A stretch of 64,000 nucleotides of DNA, taken from assembly GCA_965222065.1 (NCBI GenBank), contig OZ244933.1, positions 1,912,538 to 1,976,537 of the forward strand, given 5' to 3'. The stretch is from Pseudomonadales bacterium. GTDB lineage: Bacteria; Pseudomonadota; Gammaproteobacteria; Pseudomonadales; GM7GCV1. The position numbers and the translations under genes were made by a program. Of this stretch, positions 57,698 to 64,000 are shown one piece after another (position 1 is the first letter of the stretch; every line of letters begins with the position of its first letter). Under the pieces are notes generated by a model. The model was given only the letters and a program-made list of their open reading frames with translations, did not search any database and was not told the DNA's origin.

Positions 57698-59062
57698 ATG
57701 GCGAAATCCAAAACTGCTTTTGTTTGTACAGACTGTGGCGCTGACTACAGTAAATGGGCTGGTCAGTGTACGGCCTGTCAGGCCTGGAACACAATTTCAG
57801 AAGTTCGCCTGGGAAGCAGCAAACGAACCGCTGGATCCGGACGGGCCGGTTATGCCGGTGCCGTAAACAGCCTGGCCCAGCTTCTCTCCGAGGTTGAGTT
57901 TTCCGAGCTGGAGCGGCGCAATACCGGCTTTAATGAGCTGGACCGGGTCCTGGGTGGCGGCCTGGTGCCTGGCTCCAGCATCCTGATTGGTGGTGATCCA
58001 GGCGCGGGTAAAAGCACCTTGTTGCTCCAGGTGATGTGTGCATTGTCGGAGCAGGCAGAAACCCTGTATGTCACCGGGGAAGAATCGCCACAACAAGTGG
58101 CAATGCGTGCCCGACGCCTGGGCCTGAAGACAGACAAACTCAAAATACTTGCTGAGACGTCCCTGGAAAACCTGATGGCCCAGGTGGAAAACGATCGCCC
58201 GTCGATCATGGTGGTGGACTCCATACAGGTGATGTACAGGGAAGATATTACCTCGGCTCCGGGCAGTGTGAGCCAGGTACGTGAATGCGCTGCAGATCTC
58301 GTACGCTTTGCCAAACAAACCGAAACGGTGCTGTTCCTGGTGGGGCATGTGACGAAAGAGGGCAACCTGGCTGGTCCCCGTGTGCTGGAGCATATGATCG
58401 ACTGTTCCCTGATGCTGGATAGTTCCAGTGATTCCCGCTATCGCATGTTGCGCAGCCAGAAAAATCGCTTTGGCGCGGTTAATGAACTGGGGGTGTTTGC
58501 CATGGCGGACACTGGCCTGAAAGAAGTCAGCAATCCCTCTGCGATCTTCCTGACCCGGGCCGAGGAAGATTCTCCCGGCAGCCTGGTGACCGTCATCTGG
58601 GAGGGAACCCGTCCGCTGTTGGTTGAATTGCAGGCATTGGTAGACGATACACATTACAACAGTCCCCGGCGCGTGGTTGTCGGCCTGGACCAAAACCGAC
58701 TGGCCATGTTGCTTGCCGCTTTGCATCGACATGCCGGCATCGCCCTGTCAGACCAGGATGTCTTTGCCAATGTTGTCGGCGGCGTCAAGGTGACCGATAC
58801 CAGTGCCGATGTTCCCTTGCTGGTCGCCGCCTTGTCCAGCTTGCGCAGTCGGCCTTTGCCAAAGGATCTTGTGGCGTTTGGTGAAGTGGGGTTAACCGGC
58901 GAAATACGTCCCGTTGCCAATGGCCAGGAGCGCATTCGGGCTGCTGCCATGCACGGATTTAAACGTGCCATTGTCCCTTATGCCAATAAGCCCAAAAAGC
59001 CTGTTGATGGCATAGAGGTCATTGGTGTGAAAAATCTGTCCGAGGTTCTGGACGCGATATAA
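57698..59062 (+). CDS. radA: DNA repair protein RadA/Sms
   Basis: 454 aa. Zinc finger 'FVCTDCGADYSKWAGQCTACQAWNT', Walker A 'GGDPGAGKSTLLLQ', 'KNRFG' and a Lon-like C-terminus. Confidence 0.96.
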   Translation: MAKSKTAFVCTDCGADYSKWAGQCTACQAWNTISEVRLGSSKRTAGSGRAGYAGAVNSLAQLLSEVEFSELERRNTGFNELDRVLGGGLVPGSSILIGGDPGAGKSTLLLQVMCALSEQAETLYVTGEESPQQVAMRARRLGLKTDKLKILAETSLENLMAQVENDRPSIMVVDSIQVMYREDITSAPGSVSQVRECAADLVRFAKQTETVLFLVGHVTKEGNLAGPRVLEHMIDCSLMLDSSSDSRYRMLRSQKNRFGAVNELGVFAMADTGLKEVSNPSAIFLTRAEEDSPGSLVTVIWEGTRPLLVELQALVDDTHYNSPRRVVVGLDQNRLAMLLAALHRHAGIALSDQDVFANVVGGVKVTDTSADVPLLVAALSSLRSRPLPKDLVAFGEVGLTGEIRPVANGQERIRAAAMHGFKRAIVPYANKPKKPVDGIEVIGVKNLSEVLDAI

Positions 59063-59081
59063 ATCTCCAGAACAAAAATAT

Positions 59082-59113
59082 TGGGGTCAGGGTAAATATT
59101 CACCCTGACCCCA
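59082..59113. repeat. REP-like 32-nt palindromic element, copy 2 (between convergent radA and amtB)
   Basis: TGGGGTCAGGG-TAAATATTCA-CCCTGACCCCA. Same stem as 55193-55224. Confidence 0.85.
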
Positions 59114-59119
59114 TATTTA

Positions 59120-60430
59120 TCAGAGGTTTTCGATGTTATAGCCCCGTTCGTTGTGCTGGCATAGATCCAGCCCCTGGGTTTCTTCCTCTTCATTGACGCG
59201 CAGAGGGGTCAGTACACCGACCACCTTGAGGATGACAAAGGTGACGATGGCGGTATACACCAGCGTGGAGACAACACCAATGGCTTGTACGCCAAGCTGG
59301 CTGCCCATGGCCATTCCCTCGTTATAGCCCTGGCCGCTGAAAATGCCCAGTTGGTCGGAAGCAAATATTCCCGCCAGAAGGGTGCCAAGAATACCGCCGA
59401 CCCCATGCACAGGGAAAACGTCCAGCGAATCATCGATACGCAGCTTGAGCTTCATGGCCTGGGTGGCAAAGAAGCAGATGGTGCCTGCCATCAGACCGAT
59501 CAGCAGGGCACCGGCAGGTCCAACAAAGCCGGAGGCGGGGGTGATGGTTCCCAAGCCTGCTACCATGCCGGTAACGATACCTAAAACGGAAGCCTTGCCG
59601 AACTTGATCCACTCAACGGCCATCCAGGCAAGCGACCCGGCAGCCGCGGAAATATGGGTAACAAGAATGGCCATGCCGGCATCGCCATTGGCGGCCAGCG
59701 CCGACCCTCCGTTAAAACCAAACCAGCCGACCCAGAGCATGCCGGCTCCTGCCACGGTGATGGGCAAACTGTGGGGTACCAGGTGTGCGCTGGGAAATCC
59801 GCTTCGATTACCAATCACCAATGCGGCCACCAGGGCGCCAACCCCGGCGGTGATGTGCACGACTGTGCCGCCGGCAAAATCCAGCAGACCCATGTCGCCG
59901 AGCCAGCCTCCGCCCCATACCCAGTGACAAATGGGCGCATAGACCAGTACCAGCCAAAGGATGCTAAACAGACACATGGCAGAGAACCGCATGCGCTCGG
60001 CAAATCCGCCGACGATCAGTGCGGGTGTGATGATGGCAAACGTCATCTGGAACATGGCGAACACGGACTCGGGAATGTCCCCGGACATGGTGCTCTCCCC
60101 GATGCCGGAAAACAGGAAGTTGGATAACCCTCCTATGAAGGCGTTGGCTCCACCCCCGTCGCCAAAAGCCAGGCTGTAACCAATAAACAGCCAAACCAGG
60201 GAGGCGATGCAGGTGATGGCAAAACATTGCATCAGTACGGAGAGCACGTTCTTGCTTCGCACCAGGCCGCTATAAAAAAGCGAAAGTCCCGGAACCGTCA
60301 TAAACAACACCAGTGCCGTCGACGTCATAATCCAGGCGGTATTGGAGCTATCCAGGTCTTGTGCGATCAACAGCGAAGGAAACAGCAAGATAAGTGACCC
60401 TGTGGCAGTCACCAGATGTTTTAGATTCAT
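59120..60430 (-). CDS. amtB: Ammonium transporter
   Basis: 436 aa with a signal peptide. 'AWIMTSTALVLFMTVPGLSLFYSG', 'DFAGGTVVHITAG' and 'LDVFPVHGVGGILGTL'. Confidence 0.95.
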   Translation of the reverse strand: MNLKHLVTATGSLILLFPSLLIAQDLDSSNTAWIMTSTALVLFMTVPGLSLFYSGLVRSKNVLSVLMQCFAITCIASLVWLFIGYSLAFGDGGGANAFIGGLSNFLFSGIGESTMSGDIPESVFAMFQMTFAIITPALIVGGFAERMRFSAMCLFSILWLVLVYAPICHWVWGGGWLGDMGLLDFAGGTVVHITAGVGALVAALVIGNRSGFPSAHLVPHSLPITVAGAGMLWVGWFGFNGGSALAANGDAGMAILVTHISAAAGSLAWMAVEWIKFGKASVLGIVTGMVAGLGTITPASGFVGPAGALLIGLMAGTICFFATQAMKLKLRIDDSLDVFPVHGVGGILGTLLAGIFASDQLGIFSGQGYNEGMAMGSQLGVQAIGVVSTLVYTAIVTFVILKVVGVLTPLRVNEEEETQGLDLCQHNERGYNIENL

Positions 60431-60724
60431 TTTCCCCTCCTCAGGGCGGGAATAACGACCGTCCGCTGGCCGGTTCCCTTTGTTTTAATTTTTTACCTGT
60501 TGCAGCGGTATTCACTATTGTTGTGCTTGCGCACCGCCAGCGTGCAGAAAAATGAATCAAAACAGGGCATTAGTCAAACCCGTTGTGATAAACGGTCAGA
60601 GTGGCTGTTTGCTATAGCCGGGTATCAGCTCACATTTTTGGCAGGAAGAGGCAACTATTTATTAACAATTGTTGTAATTTTTCCTGTCGTCTTCCTAATG
60701 CAAACCTTGCTTTAGTATGCTTGC

Positions 60725-61381
60725 ATGACTGTGAGGAAAGGTTTTTCCATGAAGACTGCAATTATTCTGCTTTTGTCCGTCCTGCTGGTAAGTGGTTGTG
60801 CTTCCCGGGGTTCCGTGACGCCTGCCGATTCGGGGCCGCGGGCGGAAGAAGACTCAGGATATGCACAGTCGCTGCCCGCCTCAGATATGGGGGCATCCCG
60901 GAATTCCGGTCAGGGGCCATCGGGAGAACAGGAATCTGTGGATGACGCCCGCACCGGGGAAGCTGGAAATGAACGCCCCTATACCCGGGAGCTGACCCTG
61001 GAAGAAGAGATAGTTCGCTCCAGCCCGTCTGACGCCCCTACAGTCGAGGAAACAGAAGCCGATGGGACAGAAAATGAGCGCCCGGCAATTGACCTCAACA
61101 ACACCTTCACCCTGCAACTGGTCGCCATGGAGTCAATGGAGGGGGCAGTTAATTACGCGCAGCAATACCGTATTGACCCCCGGGAAGCGGGTGTGGCCCG
61201 AATACTCAGCCAGGGAAAAATTTATTTTGTCCTGGCCTATGGGGTATACGCGACTCACACGCAAGCCGAGCAAGCCAGCCTTGAATTGCAGCAGCAGGGC
61301 GTTCCGGAACCATGGATCAGGCGTTTGGGAACCCTGGAAAGGCTTTCCAGGGAAGCCAATGATGCCCAGCCAACACCCTAA
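60725..61381 (+). CDS. SPOR-domain lipoprotein
   Basis: 218 aa with lipobox 'LLVSGCAS'. Low-complexity acidic linker. C-terminal SPOR-like 'FTLQLVAMESMEGAVNYAQQY...IYFVLAYGVYATHTQAEQA'. Confidence 0.7.
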   Translation: MTVRKGFSMKTAIILLLSVLLVSGCASRGSVTPADSGPRAEEDSGYAQSLPASDMGASRNSGQGPSGEQESVDDARTGEAGNERPYTRELTLEEEIVRSSPSDAPTVEETEADGTENERPAIDLNNTFTLQLVAMESMEGAVNYAQQYRIDPREAGVARILSQGKIYFVLAYGVYATHTQAEQASLELQQQGVPEPWIRRLGTLERLSREANDAQPTP

Positions 61382-61385
61382 ATCT

Positions 61386-61799
61386 ATGAGCCATATAACT
61401 AGAAAATTAACACTGGCCGCCATATGCCTTTTATGCGTTTCAGCCGTTTTTGCGCAGTCTGAACCGGACCCGGGTGAATTTCTGGATAATCTGGGCCTTA
61501 CCGCTTCCCAGCGCGCGGAAATTAATGAGGTGCTTATCGGTGGCATGCAGTCTCTCGATGCCGTCAATCAGGAGTTGGACAAGCTGGGCAGTCTGCCTGA
61601 TGCCGGTGAACACAACCCCCAGGTTGAAGAAATGCGCATGGCACTGATTCAACAGAGATTTCGTCTGGCGCAGTCAATGGCGACCGATATTCTCAATGTG
61701 CTCAGCACGGAACAGTTAAGGAAATTTGATTTTGGTCACCTGTTTGATGCGCTGCCCGAACATATGGCTAAGAACAACACCTGGGAACAGGAACTCTAA
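61386..61799 (+). CDS. cpxP: Periplasmic LTXXQ-motif protein (CpxP/Spy family)
   Basis: Start at 'MSHITRKLTLAAICLLCVSAVFAQ' (ATG 61386); the longer track ORF overlaps the SPOR gene. Two LTXXQ-type motifs, 'LGLTASQRAEI' and 'VLSTEQLRKF'. Upstream of the cpxRA-like pair. Confidence 0.65.
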   Translation: MSHITRKLTLAAICLLCVSAVFAQSEPDPGEFLDNLGLTASQRAEINEVLIGGMQSLDAVNQELDKLGSLPDAGEHNPQVEEMRMALIQQRFRLAQSMATDILNVLSTEQLRKFDFGHLFDALPEHMAKNNTWEQEL

Positions 61800-61810
61800 A
61801 TAGCATAACA

Positions 61811-62161
61811 ATGGATAAAAAAATGGGGATTTGGGCGAAAACACTTGCCGTACTCGTCGTTACACTGGTGTGTGCATGTGCATCCAGTCGCTACTCGGAA
61901 CTTTACGAATTTTATCCAGTTGAAACAAAAACTGACAGTAAACTGTTTCGCTATGAGTTTATCCTTCGTCCTGAGCAAGGAACCAATAACTCGCGTGCGG
62001 TACCCCCTCCGGGATTTGCCGTGAGTTTTGATGATATGCGGGAAGAGCTGGAAAGGTACATGCAGGCAAACCCTTACTGTACGCAGGGTTACTTCATTTA
62101 CGACGAAAGTTTTGACGGAAATAAATACAGCCTGAGCGGAGAGTGCCAGGAATCAAAATAG
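61811..62161 (+). CDS. Small putative lipoprotein
   Basis: 116 aa. Signal/lipobox-like 'LAVLVVTLVCACASS'. No other motif. The stop abuts the cpxR-like start. Confidence 0.5.
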   Translation: MDKKMGIWAKTLAVLVVTLVCACASSRYSELYEFYPVETKTDSKLFRYEFILRPEQGTNNSRAVPPPGFAVSFDDMREELERYMQANPYCTQGYFIYDESFDGNKYSLSGECQESK

Positions 62162-62866
62162 ATGGCAGAAAAAAATTCTCACGTCCTGTTGGTCGATGAC
62201 GACACCGGCCTGACGTCGCTTCTCAACGAATACCTGTCGCAACAGGATTTTTATGTGAGCACGGCGGCCAACGCGCAGGAAGCAATTCAGTCCCTGGAGT
62301 CGGGCAGTCAGGTCGACCTGATTGTCCTCGATATTATGATGCCGGGCATGAGCGGCCTGGAATTGCTTTCAGTGATTCGGGCACGCTGGCAGATACCGGT
62401 CATCATGCTTACGGGGCGAGGTGAAGATATTGATCGTATTCTCGGCCTGGAAATGGGCGCCGATGACTATCTGGGCAAACCCTGTAACCCGCGTGAGCTG
62501 GCTGCCCGAATTCGGGCTGTATTGCGGCGTACTTCGCTGGAGACATCCGCACCATCGAACAGCGCGGATATTGAAATAGGGGATATTGTCCTTCGGCAAG
62601 GCTCGCGCTCTGTGACAGTCAAAGGCGAGAGGGTTGCTTTTACCACGGCTGAATTCGATGTGCTGTCGGAACTTATGAAAGAAGCCGGTTCGGTGGTCAG
62701 CCGCGAACACCTAACCAAGGTGGTGCTTCACCGCGAGCTGTCTCCCTATGATCGCAGTATTGATGTCCACGTCAGTCGCGTGCGCAATGCGTTGCGTCAA
62801 TGCCTGCCGGATAAAGAGCTGATTGTGACTATCCGGGGCGTTGGCTACCAGTTTGTTCGCAACTAG
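62162..62866 (+). CDS. cpxR: OmpR-family response regulator, CpxR-like
   Basis: 234 aa. 'VLLVDDDTGLTSLLNEYL', 'DLIVLDIMMPGMSG', 'PVIMLTGRGEDIDRILGLEMGADDYLGKPCNPRELAARIRAVLRR' closely parallels E. coli CpxR. C-terminal 'IVTIRGVGYQF'. Confidence 0.85.
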   Translation: MAEKNSHVLLVDDDTGLTSLLNEYLSQQDFYVSTAANAQEAIQSLESGSQVDLIVLDIMMPGMSGLELLSVIRARWQIPVIMLTGRGEDIDRILGLEMGADDYLGKPCNPRELAARIRAVLRRTSLETSAPSNSADIEIGDIVLRQGSRSVTVKGERVAFTTAEFDVLSELMKEAGSVVSREHLTKVVLHRELSPYDRSIDVHVSRVRNALRQCLPDKELIVTIRGVGYQFVRN

Positions 62867-62898
62867 CCAGCTATCCTTGCCTGGATGAAGCTCGTCCC

Positions 62899-64000
62899 AT
62901 GAAATTTCCCTCAATAAAGCACGTGCGCTCGCTGTTCTGGAAAGTTTTCCTGATTATCTGGATCACCAATATGCTGCTTATCGTGGCTGGCGCGCTGATG
63001 ATCCGGATGGAGTATATGGAGCGGTATCAGCGGCTGGTTGATGATGCCCGTATGCATGGTTTGACGGAATATATCGTGTCGCGCTATGAAGCCGGGATGG
63101 ATACTCGCGACTTTCGTCGTCCTGAGCAGCGCCGGGGCCGTTTTCCCCGCATTGTTATTCGCGACATGGATACGTCATTTATAGTTTTTAGCTCGCGCCA
63201 TGATCCGGAGAGTGTCTCAACCAATATTTACTGGGACTATGTCTCTCCCTCCAATGGGCACTATCGGGTCTATATTGAGGACAATCCTTTCTTTGATTAT
63301 GAAGAGCCTGAATTTCCCTTGTCCCTGGCAGCACTGGCATCTGTCATCACGGCGATCTTCAGTTTGTTGCTGACCTACCTGATTACGCGCCCGATCCTGA
63401 AACTGCGTGAGCATGTTGAAGGGCTCGGAGCAAATCTGTCAATTCCGCTCGAAAAACGTCTGCTGGAACGTCAGGATGAATTTGGCGAGCTCGCTCGCTC
63501 TATCGATGAAATGTCCGAACGGATTCGTGATCTGATTGATTCCAAGCAGCGCCTGTTTTTTGATATCTCCCATGAGCTCAGAGCTCCGCTGGCACGGATG
63601 CAGGTGGCGGCAGAAATCGTGCGTGACAGGGCTGAGCGCAATGGCGAAGACCTGGCAATCAATGACCGTGTAGATCGTGAAATCCGGGCACTGGATCAGC
63701 TCATTACCGAACTGATGAGCTATATCAAGGAAGATTTTGACCAGTTGCCAGTGGAAGATGTGGATCTCTGCACATTGGTGGAGACACTAATCGAGGATCA
63801 GGATTTTGCCATTTCCAGCCATAAACTGAGCTTCAATTGTGAGGTGGATAAGCCAAAGTTGCGTGCCCGGCCTGTACTCATTGAGCGGGCTGTCCGTAAT
63901 TTGCTGGAAAACGCCATTAAATATTCTCCTGAGAATTCCGAAGTGGCGGTGCATGTCAATCCGGCGGAGAAAGGTTACTCCATCTGTGTACAGGACTCAG
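62899..64000 (+). CDS. cpxA: Sensor histidine kinase, CpxA-like (3' end truncated by window)
   Basis: Hand-translated open frame from ATG 62899: 'MKFPSIKHVRSLFWKVFLIIWITNMLLIVAG...'. Second TM 'LAALASVITAIFSLLLTYLI'. HAMP region. H-box 'FFDISHELRAPLARMQ'. Not in the ORF track because no stop is reached. Confidence 0.85.
   Translation, partial: MKFPSIKHVRSLFWKVFLIIWITNMLLIVAGALMIRMEYMERYQRLVDDARMHGLTEYIVSRYEAGMDTRDFRRPEQRRGRFPRIVIRDMDTSFIVFSSRHDPESVSTNIYWDYVSPSNGHYRVYIEDNPFFDYEEPEFPLSLAALASVITAIFSLLLTYLITRPILKLREHVEGLGANLSIPLEKRLLERQDEFGELARSIDEMSERIRDLIDSKQRLFFDISHELRAPLARMQVAAEIVRDRAERNGEDLAINDRVDREIRALDQLITELMSYIKEDFDQLPVEDVDLCTLVETLIEDQDFAISSHKLSFNCEVDKPKLRARPVLIERAVRNLLENAIKYSPENSEVAVHVNPAEKGYSICVQDS

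Noticed and set aside
57797-58732. 311-aa antisense ORF inside radA, and similar long antisense or off-frame ORFs (e.g. 34190-34756, 29567-30283, 30338-31009, 45909-46412, 59343-59927)
   Set aside because: Each lies fully inside a gene with unmistakable homology on the other strand or frame. Their translations are low-complexity, Arg/Gly/His/Pro-rich sequences typical of shadow ORFs.
60530-60546. NtrC-like palindrome CGCACC-GCCAG-CGTGCA ~100 bp upstream of amtB
   Set aside because: It has 10/12 matches to TGCACC-N5-GGTGCA. However, I could not find a convincing -24/-12 sigma-54 promoter between it and the amtB start; the best candidate, AGGGAACCGGCCAGCG, is poor. There is also no glnK present. 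Not called as a feature.
1-64000. CRISPR arrays, rRNA genes, IS elements and transposases
   Set aside because: I scanned for regularly spaced short repeats, rRNA-like conserved blocks and DDE/transposase-like ORFs. None was seen. The only recombinases are the island integrase and resolvase.

Overview
This looks like a chromosomal segment of a gammaproteobacterium, probably marine; the taxon call is low confidence. Most of the window is ordinary core genome. It holds two OmpR-type two-component systems (the second Cpx-like and cut by the window end), a TonB-dependent receptor and glpK-glpD. A nine-gene Mrp-type cation/proton antiporter cluster follows in a non-canonical order (E-F-G-B-C-D-D-x-A). 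Further along are mgsA, gap and a cobalamin-riboswitch-controlled btuB-cobO-cobQ-btuCDF salvage locus. Then come rnr-rlmB, rpsF-rpsR-rplI, a ParA-like gene coupled to dnaB, panCD, acs, radA and amtB. The main accessory feature is a ~10.9 kb, visibly AT-rich integrative island (16263-27177). It sits in the 3' end of tRNA-Leu(CAG), bounded by an exact 19-bp direct repeat, with a tyrosine integrase next to the tRNA. Its cargo is a six-gene operon encoding a self-contained nitric-oxide-type phosphorelay: H-NOX, an HNOBA hybrid histidine kinase, an Hpt protein and a LuxO-like sigma-54 activator. Two further operon genes encode a LapG/BTLCP-like lipoprotein and a small unknown protein. A perfect LuxO-type box (TTGCA-AAT-TGCAA) and a sigma-54-like -24/-12 element precede the operon. 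The island also carries a serine recombinase behind an array of TGATAC half-sites and two uncharacterised proteins. Other oddities are listed below.
- An SRAP/YedK homolog lacks the catalytic Cys2 (it starts MPGRF).
- A GGDEF protein has a degenerate active site.
- A protein with three tandem DnaT-like repeats sits next to a lambda-P-like gene beside radA.
- A ~137-bp noncoding repeat occurs twice after panD.
- Two 32-nt REP-like hairpins lie at gene ends.
- A YaiI homolog has its conserved N-terminus upstream of any ATG.
I saw no rRNA, CRISPR array or IS transposase. All calls rest on reading motifs in the supplied translations and DNA; no searches were run.
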